This document shows, piece by piece, positions 35,956 to 48,212 of a stretch of DNA of 64,000 nt. The first letter of the stretch is position 1, and each line of letters begins with the position of its first letter. The stretch lies in IMG/VR virus record IMGVR_UViG_3300027566_000006, positions 1 through 64,000 of that record. One strand, given 5' to 3'. Source of the stretch: a virus. Position numbers and translations under genes: made by a program. A model generated the notes under the pieces. It had not been told where the DNA came from. It did not search any database and saw only the letters and a list, made by a program, of their open reading frames with translations.

Positions 35956-37062
35956 TTAAATTAATTTATTTTTTAATTCGTTTATTGTCATTTCAATATT
36001 ATTTATCGCAGTAAGTAATTTGTTTTTACATATTAATTCCATATCTTCATATGAATCGCCCCCTTCTACATATCTTTTTACTGAAAAAACAAATGTGTTT
36101 ATTGCTGCTTCTATTTCCATAGTTATATCTTCATCGTCATAATCATTAATACTTTTATTGAGATTTTTTACATCTGCTTCTAAAGCTTCCATATCAATCC
36201 CTTCAAACATTTTTTTCTTTGCCTTTGGCTTATCATGACAATCCCTGCATTCTGCTCTACCTTTATAAAATTCTAATATTGATTTTGTTTGTCCACATTG
36301 ACTACATACTTTCTCACTTCCTTCTTCTTTTCCATTATTTTTTTTCATCCCATCATTAACGATCCCTAAGTCTTTCCTTATTGTTTGTACTGCTTTCTGA
36401 ACAGGTATTTCTTTATTAATTACCTGTTTTTTTATTTCTTCTGATATATCTTCTAATGAATCTAACTCTGCTAAATCACTAGCTCCTCTAGCAGATTCAT
36501 TAAGAACAGTTTTAAGAAACTCTGCGTCCTTTTCATTACCTTGTTTTTTTAAATTATCTATTTTTTTTACTGCTGATTTTGCTCTGTCATATGTCTTACC
36601 TGAACCGATACCAACTTTTTCGGCAAGAATTTCACGTACTTCACCTTTATTTGCTTCCGGTACATTGTCCGTAAGCAAAATACCACCCTGACCTCCAGAT
36701 TGTCTCTGTCTAGCTTTCTCTTTTTCAATTACCTCCCAAACTTCCGCTTCTTTCATTTTTTGATATGTAGATTTATCTCTATATTGATTCTCAAGAAGTA
36801 ATCTTTCAAGTTCTTCATTTTCATTACTAAATGTAATTTTCTCACATGGCAATTCTTTTTTACCTAAACTTACACAAGCATAATATCGCCTATGACCACT
36901 AATTATTATATTATCTTGATTAACAATTAGATTAGTAATTATATTACTTTTCTTTATCTGTTCTGCTAACTCTTTTATATTTTCTTCACCGTATATATCC
37001 TTGTTCATTGGATGAGGTTTCAACTTACTTATATTTATATTGTTCATTTTTACTCCTTTCAA
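35956..37062 (-). CDS. ParB N-terminal domain protein with HTH and zinc ribbon
   Basis: LKPHP.N, IISGHRR, ENQYR; LAEKVGIGSG; CSQC..CRDC. Confidence 0.8.
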   Translation of the reverse strand: MKGVKMNNINISKLKPHPMNKDIYGEENIKELAEQIKKSNIITNLIVNQDNIIISGHRRYYACVSLGKKELPCEKITFSNENEELERLLLENQYRDKSTYQKMKEAEVWEVIEKEKARQRQSGGQGGILLTDNVPEANKGEVREILAEKVGIGSGKTYDRAKSAVKKIDNLKKQGNEKDAEFLKTVLNESARGASDLAELDSLEDISEEIKKQVINKEIPVQKAVQTIRKDLGIVNDGMKKNNGKEEGSEKVCSQCGQTKSILEFYKGRAECRDCHDKPKAKKKMFEGIDMEALEADVKNLNKSINDYDDEDITMEIEAAINTFVFSVKRYVEGGDSYEDMELICKNKLLTAINNIEMTINELKNKLI

Positions 37063-38051
37063 CTTGCAAAATCAATTAAACTATTATTAGCCAATTCAAT
37101 CCGTTTTATTATTTTATCTTTATGGGTACTCCCTTGCCCACAGTATTGAGCATATTCACATTGAGGGTTATAATCTACTATAAAACCATTTACCCATTTA
37201 ATAAATTGCTCAAATGATATCGTTAAATCTTGACAAGTCTTTAAAGTCATAATGAATATTGGTATATTAATCTTTTTAATTTGTTTATGTTTCTCTTTAA
37301 AAGCCGAATCAAGTAATCTAAATAACTCCTGGCATTGCTCTAATTCTTCTTCTTTGTAATTGTTTCTATATTGTTCAGCAAACTCTAAAACATCGTCATT
37401 GTTAAATGTTTTATATTTATAATTTGTTAGAAGAATTAATGATTGTAGTACACAAGTTTGATCTTCTCCTCTTCTTAATTGATGAGGTGTAAAATATGCT
37501 TTCGTTTTGAAAAAATCTAATTCTAATATTTCATCTATAAACTTAGCTAACCTATCACCTAATCTAATTCTTGTTTTTTGATCTTTAGTAAGTGCAGTTC
37601 CGTTATTAAGTCTAAAAAATATTTCTTCAATTTCATCATCCGTACAATCTTCAAATATATACATAAGTAAATTTGCGGTTGTTAGTTCTTCTTTTACTTC
37701 TTCAGGCAATTGAGAAAATTTCATTTTACTTATATCATATACTTGATCGTCAATTGTTGTCTCTGGCATACCTTTTATCAATGCCCATTCACCTTTAATA
37801 TAGCTTTTTATAGTGGTTAACCTTTGCTTTCCATCTAGTATTGAATACTTCCCTGCATTCTCTCCTTGCTCTTGTATCGCATATAGAGGGGGTACAGGGT
37901 AATCAGATAATAAACTATGTATTAATAGACTTTTTTGCTCATCTGACCATTGCCCTGCTTTTCGTTGTATTGGATGATTAAATAATACATTCTCCTTGTC
38001 TATATTTTGGATTATTTTTTTAATAGTCCAAGATATGTTTAGTTTCTTCAT
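37059..38051 (-). CDS. DUF262 (GmrSD N-terminal-like, ParB-superfamily) protein
   Basis: IQR..QWS, LIHSLL..YPVP, ILDGKQRLTTI and IFFRLNNG motifs. Confidence 0.85.
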   Translation of the reverse strand: MKKLNISWTIKKIIQNIDKENVLFNHPIQRKAGQWSDEQKSLLIHSLLSDYPVPPLYAIQEQGENAGKYSILDGKQRLTTIKSYIKGEWALIKGMPETTIDDQVYDISKMKFSQLPEEVKEELTTANLLMYIFEDCTDDEIEEIFFRLNNGTALTKDQKTRIRLGDRLAKFIDEILELDFFKTKAYFTPHQLRRGEDQTCVLQSLILLTNYKYKTFNNDDVLEFAEQYRNNYKEEELEQCQELFRLLDSAFKEKHKQIKKINIPIFIMTLKTCQDLTISFEQFIKWVNGFIVDYNPQCEYAQYCGQGSTHKDKIIKRIELANNSLIDFAS

Positions 38052-38083
38052 AATTATATTTCCTTTCTATAATTTTTGTTACA

Positions 38084-38292
38084 TTATTTTTTAATATATT
38101 CCACTATATCGCCTGGTTGACAATCTAAAACTTTGCAAATCTTATCAATCACCTCAAGAGATACATATTCATTTGAACTTAATCTAGCCAAAGTGGAAGA
38201 AGAAATACTTATCATATCTTTAAGTTGTGTTTTTTAATATCCCTATCAATCAATAGTTTTTGTAATTTTTTATAGCTAATCGTAGGTATCAC
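38084..38292 (-). pseudogene. Frameshifted Cro/C1-type (HTH_26-like) regulator
   Basis: ISYKKLQKLLIDRDIKK continues in another frame as TQLKDMISISSSTLARLSSNEYVSLEVIDKICKVLDCQPGDIVEY; one base missing in an A6 run at 38230-38235. Confidence 0.7.
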
Positions 38293-38314
38293 CTCTTTTA
38301 ATTACATTTATATT

Positions 38315-38343
38315 ATTATACAAATATAATTTAGATTAGTCAA
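38315..38343 (-). promoter_or_regulatory. sigmaA-type promoter for the HTH/ParB-family operon
   Basis: TTGACT-17-TATAAT. Confidence 0.65.
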
Positions 38344-38965
38344 ACTTATTTGATCCAAATGATTGTTTGACGTTGTTATTTACCATCCACTAATATGCAT
38401 TCCTTCTGTACTGTATATTCTTACATATTTATATTGTTGTTCTAAACAACTGTTATTGTTTATGTAATCAATTGCTTCATCCTCTGTTTTAAATTCCTCT
38501 GATACCTGTTGAAAGTCTCCACCATTATCTTCTTTAACTCTTACGTTATACCCCGTTGCGGTTCTGTTTGCTTTGCTAGTATAGCTCTCTATATGTTTTC
38601 CTTCTGGTAATCCATCAAAAGGCATACTTAAACACGGTTGAATTGCTTTATTTCTACGTTTATTAAACTTCATTGCTTTAGCATAACTCATTTGTTTGCC
38701 CCTTCCCTGTTATTGATCCAAATACCTATTTGGTTTAAATATATGCTTCCCACCATACCATATCATAATTAAATCCACCAACTATAGTTTCACATCTTTG
38801 ACAATAAAACTTATTATCTTTAAAACTTAAATAATCTCTTTGTGTCCAATAAGCATCCCAACAATGTTCATTTTCCATAAGGTAATCTATTAATTCTTGT
38901 TTAGTTTGAAAATGTTCCCACATCATCATTTATCACTCCTTTAATTTATTATATCTTATAATATA

Positions 38966-38994
38966 ATTATAAGTCTATATGTTGCTATTGTCAA
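38966..38994 (-). promoter_or_regulatory. Consensus sigmaA promoter
   Basis: TTGACA-17-TATAAT. Confidence 0.8.
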
Positions 38995-39010
38995 CATGAT
39001 TTTTATACTT

Positions 39011-39883
39011 TTATTTTAATATGTATTTAAAAATATGTGCTATAACATCAACAGTCCAGCCATTACCAAGCATTTTATATCTTTGTGTATTGCTTACCCC
39101 TTCAGTATAATTATCAGGTAATGTTTGAAGTCTTTCACATTCTACAGGTGTTGCCATTCTTAAATCCTTTGCTAAAATTACACTTCTTTTTCCGTCTGCT
39201 CCTTTAAAATAATTAGCATCTAAACATAAAAATTTACTATTATTAAGATCATCAATAATACAATCTTTATATCCTAATCCTTTTTCTTTTGCTCTTATGT
39301 TTATTTTAACTAATCTTTCTACTGCTATGTCGGTAAGATAATATTTATTTTCAATTTCTAAATCATCTTGTAATATATCAACAACATATATATTTTTATT
39401 TTCTGGTTGAATAATATTAGGTATGTTAGTCCAATATAATCTTTCCCTATTTAAAGCTGATACTAATGATGAATTGATTGATATTGGTTGCACTCCTAAT
39501 TCTTTTGAAATTATATCTCTATCTATCTTCTTCATACTTGCTACATTTTCAAAAAGAAAATATTTTGGTTTGACACTTTTCAATGCTTCGATATATTTCC
39601 AAAACAGACCACTTTTACTTCCATTAATACCCTGCCTGTCTTTTTTAGCAATACTTAAATCTTGACAAGGGCTACCTCCTATAAGTAGATCAATATTATC
39701 AAATTGCTTCAAATTAATGTTGTTTATATCTCCTAATTGTATAGTGCCAGGATAGTTCTTTTGAGTAATCTGTATAGCATACTTATCAATTTCACTAGCA
39801 TAATATGTATCCACTTTAATTCCTGCTCTTTCGAGAGCAATCTGGCCGCAACTCATACCATCGAATAAACTTAAAACATTCAA
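39011..39883 (-). CDS. Orphan DNA (cytosine-5) methyltransferase
   Basis: LSLFDGM, GGSPCQ, FENV, RERLYW, ERLQT and LGNGW motifs. Confidence 0.92.
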   Translation of the reverse strand: MNVLSLFDGMSCGQIALERAGIKVDTYYASEIDKYAIQITQKNYPGTIQLGDINNINLKQFDNIDLLIGGSPCQDLSIAKKDRQGINGSKSGLFWKYIEALKSVKPKYFLFENVASMKKIDRDIISKELGVQPISINSSLVSALNRERLYWTNIPNIIQPENKNIYVVDILQDDLEIENKYYLTDIAVERLVKINIRAKEKGLGYKDCIIDDLNNSKFLCLDANYFKGADGKRSVILAKDLRMATPVECERLQTLPDNYTEGVSNTQRYKMLGNGWTVDVIAHIFKYILK

Positions 39884-39984
39884 TTAAATATTTTACCCTC
39901 CTTATATTTATATTATATAACTATTAAATATTTATAAATACTTTCAATAAGCCTCACATCCTTTAATATTTATCTTTAAACGCA

Positions 39985-40046
39985 AAAAAGCGGTATTGGT
40001 TTTATTAATCTAAATGTTATCAGACTAAATCCACCAATACCGCTTT
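39985..40046 (-). terminator. Intrinsic terminator-like hairpin
   Basis: AAAGCGGTATTGGT...ACCAATACCGCTTT with a U-tract on the minus strand. Confidence 0.6.
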
Positions 40047-41970
40047 AAGTCTAATATATTCAATTTTATTTTAAACTTATATTACATTCTTGTTTATACT
40101 TGCCTTTTATCGTATTCTGCTTTAGTAATTTCTACATAAGTCATTAACTCATCTTTCTCTAAGGTAAATTCATCTAAACCTATTTCATTGACCATGATGA
40201 TTTTATTACCTTCTTCTTTGCCTCTATACACCCATCCGAATTCACATGAATCTTTGTTGATATCCATAAAATATTTATAAGGCATGATTCAACACTCCTT
40301 TTTATTTATTCTAAAGGCATATTATTAAAATGTCAACCATATTTATTTTTACCCTTTAATATCATATTTTTAACTTAGTTACATTCTTTACAAAAATAAC
40401 ATTCTTCGTTATCATGAATTTCAATAGTATAATCTTTATTTAAAATTAAATTATTTAAATCAATTTTTCTTCCACATTGGCTGCATTCAACATAAAAACT
40501 ATCTAACATTTTAAATCTCCTTCAATCTCCTTTATACTCTATTATACTATGTTTTTCCAAACTCAAAATCGTTACAAAATGCCTGATTTATTTTGTTATG
40601 CTTTTAGTAATTCAATAATATAGTCTACTGCTCCGCTAAAATCATCATATCTGAAATATTTAGAACTACTCCAAAATTTATCCGAATATTGAAAAGCACT
40701 TGATTCATGTTTCACACTACTATAAACAACAATTTCATCACTGTTTCTATTCTCACTAAAAGCAATTGTTTGAATTTTTGCTTCATCGTTATAATTGCAA
40801 ACTCTATACCCTTGCTCTCTGCAATTTTCAAACATTTCAAAACTGGACTTAATATTTTGTGTGCGGGTATCCTCCATTAGCATATTTTTAATCTTTTCAG
40901 CATATTCAATCTTTCCTAATTCTAACATTTCAAATCCCTTCCTTTCATCCTTATAAAATATTAGTTTTATCCAATGTCCATTAATTCTGCCGTAATATTT
41001 AATGTTTTTCCGTTTATATCATACTGTGTAAACACTGTCCCGCCATCTGCAACATATCCTAATTCGTCTTCTCCTCTTAGAATTATGTTTAGGAATGTGT
41101 TATCCTCAACACCTTTTAAAAACTCTTTCAGTTCTCCAACTGTTGTAATATTAACATTACATTCTTTGTATAATTCTTTCCGGTCTGCCTTTTTAGTTGT
41201 TTTTCTTTCCTCTTTAAATTCTTCTATTGAATATGGTAACATTTCAATACACTTCCTTTCAATTCGTTATAGAATCTGAATTTCAAACAAATATTTATTA
41301 TGCTGTCAATACTGGCATTTCTGTGATTTTAACTTTTAAGGTGTATTTATCAAAATCATGTGTCCCGCAAATTACTTTAAATAACTTTGTAGTTACCGTC
41401 ACATCCTCTGAATACTTAACTGTTTTTTCTTCTAAATATTTTACTTTTATTTCTTCTGCTTTTTTAGACCACTTGTTCATTAAAGTTTCTACAATGGCCT
41501 TTTTTAATTTTTGATTAGATGGAATTTTATTGTAGACTAAAATTGTTGAGTATTTAAATTCTAACTCCACATATTGAATGGTTCTACTCATTTTCTACCC
41601 TTCCTTTCTTGATAAAAAAGTTATTTGGTTTTGATGTATTAATTATACCATACTCACAACATGATATGCAAGCACATTCTTTATTTTATTCTTTTGTTTA
41701 CGCTACCCTCTTGAGGTAACTTTGTCTCGCTGTTATATGCCTATTCATTCTTGTTTTCTTTATCTCTAGAGCGTTTTTCATTGATAAGTAATTAACCATA
41801 AAGCAACTAAATACAATTAGTATCCATCCGGCTGCAAAGTATTTAATGACTAGGGAAGAGACTGTTATTATATCATTCATTGTTATACCTCCTTTAGTTT
41901 ATTTTTTATATTATAGTTATAAGGTTTTTGAATTAAGCAGAACCTTTTAAACTGCTGTTATTGTTTTAGT

Positions 41971-43539
41971 TTACATTGCCGAACTATTTATATTTAACCT
42001 GTTCATCTCTTTTAATATCCTTTTAAATGCTTCTTGATAATCTGTATCGCATGCTTTAGTACCCCATGCCATTTTACCAGTTATGTGATTCTTAATTATT
42101 GTTATTGCCTGTTCAAAGGTTTTATACTCGGCTGATTCTTTAATCATTGGGAATTTATAACCTTGTTGTAATACTTCTTTTAATGCCTTACCTGTTATAA
42201 TAGTTTCCCAATTTCCCATATTGATAAAACGCTGATCATCATCAAAATGCGGTCTGTTATAGAAGTTAGAGATAGTATATATTTTATTCTCAATTATATT
42301 ATGGTTTTCTATTGCTGTTACTTTACGGTTACATTTATAAATAATTGTCGGTTCTGTATCATTTCCAGTATATACTTCATCCTCCCAAAACAATTCTGAT
42401 CCTGTTAATAGTTCGGAGATTTTATGATATTTCTTGCTGTTATTATCCATTTTTAAGTAAGTTACTGTATATAGAGTATTTTCTTCAACATCTTCTGGAG
42501 TGATATTTTTAACTTCTGCCAACATACTGTTATTGTAATTTTCAAGTTCTTCTGCTTCTTTTCTTCTTCTCTGTTCTCCTTTTTTTATATTGCAGTTCTC
42601 ATCAAAGTATAATGTATTGCTGTCAAAACTATGGCAATTAAAGCTTAACGGTGTTATACCTTCTTTTGTTTCTCCTGCTGATACCCACCAACCTGAAGAA
42701 CTTTCGATTATTCTTTCTGCTAAATGTATTAAATCAAGTGATGAGCCTCTTCCATAATTACATGCTGCATCATAAGCATAATCATCTGAATAATACCCGT
42801 CTTTTACTCCTTTGAATATTTGACCTGATAAAATAGCTTTCCAAACATGAGCAATAGTCCATTTTTTTGGTGTTTTAATTGGTTTGATTTCAACGAATGG
42901 AGAAAAGGTATTAATTCCTTTTTGTGAACCTTTGTCTATCTCTAAAGTTTCAATATTCAATGAATCGGTTATTATTGCGTTATGAAATGCTTTTACGGTT
43001 TCAATTTCGCCGATGTTCCACAATTCTGTTAATACAGATTTATGGTCATCCCATACATTTTTACGGATTGAATAACGATTACATTCTTTACCAATTTTTA
43101 ATGCATTGGTAAGGTCGATTAATACTGCACTATCAGCATAAAAATGAATATATGCGTTAATATCTGCAAAGTAGCCGGAAACTCTGCTATTCAATTCTAT
43201 ATCGCTTGATTTAAAGATTTCTGTACTACCTACAGTATTGTAAGAGGGAAAATAAGATTGTTCTGGTTTGGTTGTTGTGGTCTGGTTGCTATTATCTGTT
43301 ATTACTAATTCTTGATCCTGGTTAATTTCTCCGCTTAATTCTTGAGCCAATTTTAAAGTTTTTTCTGATTGTTTGGCATACCACAATTCTTTTTTCCATG
43401 AGAATCTAAATCCTGCATCTTTTAGAATGTTTTTAATGGTGTTATTTGGTTTCTCATCTTTAGGCCAATATAATTCCACTCCGTTTAATTCCTCATTGAT
43501 TGCCATTTTAATACTGTTATTGTCTGACATTGCCAACAC
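41971..43539 (-). CDS. Large early protein with an N-terminal domain typical of phage/plasmid polyvalent proteins
   Basis: NEELNGVELY..KP..LKDAGFRFS..K.LWYAK; remainder unknown. Confidence 0.5.
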   Translation of the reverse strand: MLAMSDNNSIKMAINEELNGVELYWPKDEKPNNTIKNILKDAGFRFSWKKELWYAKQSEKTLKLAQELSGEINQDQELVITDNSNQTTTTKPEQSYFPSYNTVGSTEIFKSSDIELNSRVSGYFADINAYIHFYADSAVLIDLTNALKIGKECNRYSIRKNVWDDHKSVLTELWNIGEIETVKAFHNAIITDSLNIETLEIDKGSQKGINTFSPFVEIKPIKTPKKWTIAHVWKAILSGQIFKGVKDGYYSDDYAYDAACNYGRGSSLDLIHLAERIIESSSGWWVSAGETKEGITPLSFNCHSFDSNTLYFDENCNIKKGEQRRRKEAEELENYNNSMLAEVKNITPEDVEENTLYTVTYLKMDNNSKKYHKISELLTGSELFWEDEVYTGNDTEPTIIYKCNRKVTAIENHNIIENKIYTISNFYNRPHFDDDQRFINMGNWETIITGKALKEVLQQGYKFPMIKESAEYKTFEQAITIIKNHITGKMAWGTKACDTDYQEAFKRILKEMNRLNINSSAM

Positions 43540-44053
43540 TCCTTTTATTTTTATTAATTAAACTCTTATTTTGGGATACTACTTAGAGCATCCCAACTAT
43601 AAGAATTCACTTAATTATTTTCGTAAAATTCTATAGTCTCAGCTATTGCAACTTGATACTCTTCAATGCTGTTATACTGATTTACCGTTATATCACCTTC
43701 GCAGTATGTGTATATATTATATGCGTTGTTATCGGCTAATACTGCTCTATATCCGTCAACAAAGAGACAACTGGTGTTATAATGTTTATTTACTATGGAT
43801 TGGAATGTGTAACAATCTCCGCATATATGGCCTCCATAATATAGAATAGAATTATCTTCTTTAATTCTGGAATGTAAGCATATATCAATTATTTTATTAC
43901 CTGTTAAGGGATAGTCTGGAATGATTTCATATTTATTAAAATTGATTCCCTTATAGTTATTATCACTTAGAATAGTTTGAAATTGTTCTGCTGTTACCTT
44001 AATTATATTTTCCATTTTATAACACTCCTTTTTTCTTTAAACTTTATATTATA

Positions 44054-44082
44054 ATTATAATGGTTTAGTTTCATGTTGTCAA
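44054..44082 (-). promoter_or_regulatory. Consensus sigmaA promoter
   Basis: TTGACA-17-TATAAT; shares TTGACAACATGAAA with the promoter at 45465-45494. Confidence 0.8.
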
Positions 44083-47000
44083 CATTATTTTCTTAGCCTG
44101 TAGGCTCAAGATTATATTTTTCACACCATGAGCAAAATACATCAATATTAGCTTTTACTCCTTGCTGCTGTCTTACTGCTTGATATTGGTTATAATCTGC
44201 GTACCAACATCCTGCTACCTTATAAGCCTTTACCCCGTTAATGTGTCTTGTTTTCTTTTCCATTATTTCCAACTCCTTTTTTGTTTTTTATTTTTATTTA
44301 AGCTTAACACTTACAGAGGTTAACACTGGCTGTTATTATATTTTGTTTGTGTTATGTGTTAACCTTTAAAATGTTAATTCGTTATTTGGTTACATACCAT
44401 GCCACAAATTTATTTTCTGTTCCATCTTGACTACTCCAAGGCGTATAATGTGCCTTATGATTTTTTCTAATATAGGTATTTAGATTTTCATTATTGCAAA
44501 ATATTTTTGCTTGTTCTTCAGTATCAAAAAACTTAAATGTTGACTTATATCTGATGCTCATAATATAAACATACTCCTTTTTATTTTTTGTTCTGTACTA
44601 ATTTGTTTTAATGGCAGGAATATTATATAAAACAATTTTCCCACTATCATTATATATATTATTGCAAACGCTCATTTTAAAATATTTTTTACCTTTTTTG
44701 ATTCCTTCTATTACAAAGGATAATCCTTTTTCCTCCGCTTCTTTTAGTTCTAATTCCTCGAAAGATGTATTGTTGCTCCATCCATCTTTTATGAATTTAT
44801 TTGTTATTTGTTCCACTGTTTTAAACATTATTGTTATACCTCCTTCCATTTTTTCACTTTGAATCAAATTTGCTATTGGTTTTGTTATTTGCATATTTCG
44901 CATATGCAATGTTGTGATCCACCTGTAAATATTCCTTTGTATACATCTGATTCAAGAATAAGACTCTTATAATTTCTTCTTGAATCTCCTGTATACATTA
45001 CTTTAATTATGCCAGAAACATAATTCCGTAAAGTATACCCAGTAGCAAGGATTTTATTATCATCCATGCATCTAATTTGATATTTAAAGAAGTTTACCTT
45101 CTCACATACCAAATTTTGATTACCTAAGTATTTTTCGAGTTCTCCTGCTTTTAAAGTTTTCATTCCTATCCACTCCATTCTGTTATTATTTTTATTTCCT
45201 TTTAATACCCTCAATTATGCCCAAATTGGGCATACTGGAAGGTACTGCTGTTATACTAAATAAATTTTAATTCCTAAATATATTTGTGAATCAATTCTAA
45301 TTTTCTCAATTTCCCGTTCCTTGTATTCTTTTGGTATTTTGTGCCGTAAAATGTAATTGCAGACCATCAACATGCAATTCTATATTTTCTTTACCATCAA
45401 GAGTTTTTAATAAGTCATCAAATTTCATTCTGCTCCACTCCTTTTTTAATTCTGTTATTACCTAATTCTAACAGATTTACTTTCATGTTGTCAATAGTAT
45501 TTTATGCTTACAATTATATCTTTATTCTGTTATTTAGTGATAAAATCAATCTTTCATCACAAGTATAGTTTAACTGCTGTTATACCGCTTGAGGGTAAAG
45601 TTTGCAGTATTCATCAAACAATTTCTCTGTTTCCCTTTTTGCATCTTTTAGCAGTTTAAACCTTCCAATAATATCTTGAGATTCTTTTTCCGTATTTTCT
45701 ACTATGCCATAATAAAAAGGTCTTTTGATTGAATCGTGACTGTATTCTTTTTCCATTTCTTGATATACAACTACTCTAATGGTTTCTAATGTATTGCAGG
45801 GATCACGGGCTTCAAAAGTATAACGGGGAGAATCGTCTAACCAGTCATAACCTTTTGTCCATTTTTTAGTCATATGATTTTCACTCCTTAATTATTTTAT
45901 TAATCTGGTTATTGCTGATATGCACAAATAACCTTGTCACCTAAATCAATGGCAAATCCTTTTTTACTCGGTAAAGGTTTGATCATATCAATAAATTTAG
46001 ACTTTGTGTTATACTCAATTCCTGCTGCATCGATAAAATTATCATTGAAATAATCCCAGGTTTTATAATTCTTATTGATAGTCTGCTCTAAGTAACATAC
46101 TAGAGCTTTGTTGGCTGGTAAAGTGTATAGCGCATGGTCTGTTATAGTTCCCTGCTCGTCAATAGACTTGATAATTGATTTTTGGTTGTTCATTATGTTT
46201 CCTTCTTTCTTAATAATTATTTTTAGTTTGTTATACTGCGTATGAATATCTTCTACCTTCTTCATCTATTAGATAAATATATTTGACTGAAGTTATTTTG
46301 TATTCTGCTCCTTTTGTTTTATGCCATTCAAATGTTCGGTCAACATGAATTATATATTCATTGTTATAAATTAGCATGTATTCAAATGTATCATACTCAG
46401 TTTTTTCTATTTCTAATAATTTCTCAAGGTCTTTTATTTTGATTTTTCCTTTTATTGATTCGGGCATAGATTTTTTATTGATATACATTATGTTTTTACC
46501 TCCTTCCCTTATTACTATTCTGTTATTATTAATTCCTCTATAGAATATTAAAATCTGTTATATCTTATTTATAGTTTGATTTTAACACTCTAACAAAAAT
46601 TAATTGCTTGCTGTTATTGTGCGCTTGATCCGCTAACATGAGCATAATTAGTTAAAAACCATTCTGTATATTTTTCAGCTTTAAACCATTTCGCTAGTTT
46701 ATAATAACTTAATTCTCCTATTCCTGGTATTGGTTGCGGTTTTATTAATGCTTTTTTAGGTATCCAGCAAGTATATTTTGATAATTCCATGCTTTTAGAT
46801 TCCATGTTATAACCTTGTAATTGTATAGCCTTATCTGTTATTGCCGTTATACGTCCATGAAACATTCTACTAAATATTGCCGTCTCTGCTATTGCTCCAC
46901 CTAAAGAAATGCTGATTTCTTGATATTCTCTAAAATCCATTATTGTTATTCCTCCTCTATAAATTCAACTATGTGCAAACCTTTATTCCAATTGTATTTA

Positions 47001-48212
47001 CATATTTGACCACTAAAAATGTTATTGTCTGCATCAAGAAATAAGGTAATGTTATTAACATCTTTTTTCATTCCTTCCCGATATGGTTTGATATATGTTC
47101 TACAGATTAAGTGGGGAATGGTTCCTGCTACATTGTATAGGTCTGCAAACTGTCCACCTGGAGTAAATACGCTAGTTCTGATTTCTTCAATATTTACCAT
47201 ATTTATCCTCCTTTATATTTTTGTTTTACTACTAATAAGCCTTGACAAGTGGTGCTAATTGTTATTTGTTATTAGTACCACTTAATAAGAATTATTGTTA
47301 TTGATTTTTAGATGATATCCGACTGATATAGTTTTGAAAATCCAGTATTGATATTTTAGTCATTGGCTGAGATGATATTTTATTTTTAGCTTTATATACC
47401 TTTAAATTTGTTTCTCTGGTGTCAAACTTGTATTCGCCTATATGATACATTCCCCACCTATCAATGGTAGCTCCTGCTTGCTCTAGGATGGTATTAAGAT
47501 CATTAATATGTTTTAACCTTTGGATTTTTGTCAATGTTATCGACTCCCTTTATTTATTTTATGCCTCATTATATCATACTGGTAATATGATTGTAAAGAG
47601 TGGATATTTATTTTTATTAAATGATATACTGCTCGTGATAGGATAAGTCTGTTATATCATTTCTATTTTAATATCATTATGTTTTTCTTTATCTTTCATT
47701 ACATCAACTATAAAGTGCATATTTGGAGTAATAGTTTCATATTTTGTAGCATCTTCTATGTCGTCTACCATTTTGGGGAACACTTCTCGAACAATAAATT
47801 TTAAGTATTGATTTTCACATTTAATCACATACATATAATAACCTCCTTTTCACTTGATTCCAAACGGTTATTTTATGCTGAGTGCTAATTTATTTTTACA
47901 AATTTTAATATACTTGATTCAACCCAAGTTTTCAATTCTTTATCTGTTATAGTCTTTTCCCAAATAAAACTTTTAAAATCTGTACTATAACAATGTAATT
48001 GACAACGGCCTATGATCCATAGATTATCTTGTAATACTTCATATATTCCATTATAGCAATCAAATTGATTTTGAATAATTACATGATTTATTTTTATATT
48101 GTCTTTTTCAGTTACCAAAATATATTTTACATTATTTTTACCACAAAAGTCTGGTAGTATATCATTGTTATTGTTATTCATTTTTATTCCTCCAATTCAT
48201 TTTTTTAATCTG

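Larger units (their letters stand above)
70..47875. repeat. Dispersed gene-junction quasi-palindrome AYVAAW-N6-WTTBRT (about 45 copies)
   Basis: Examples: 3800 TCAA-tcgattct-TTGG, 6844 CCAA-aggtaaga-TTGA, 12740 TCAA-ttctacaa-TTGG, 27937 CCAA-attgacta-TTGA, 28912 TCAA-atctctct-TTGG, 38718 CCAA-atacctat-TTGG. Confidence 0.7.

Noticed and set aside
37059-38051. GmrSD type IV restriction enzyme
   Set aside because: No C-terminal DUF1524/HNH nuclease domain or adjacent partner
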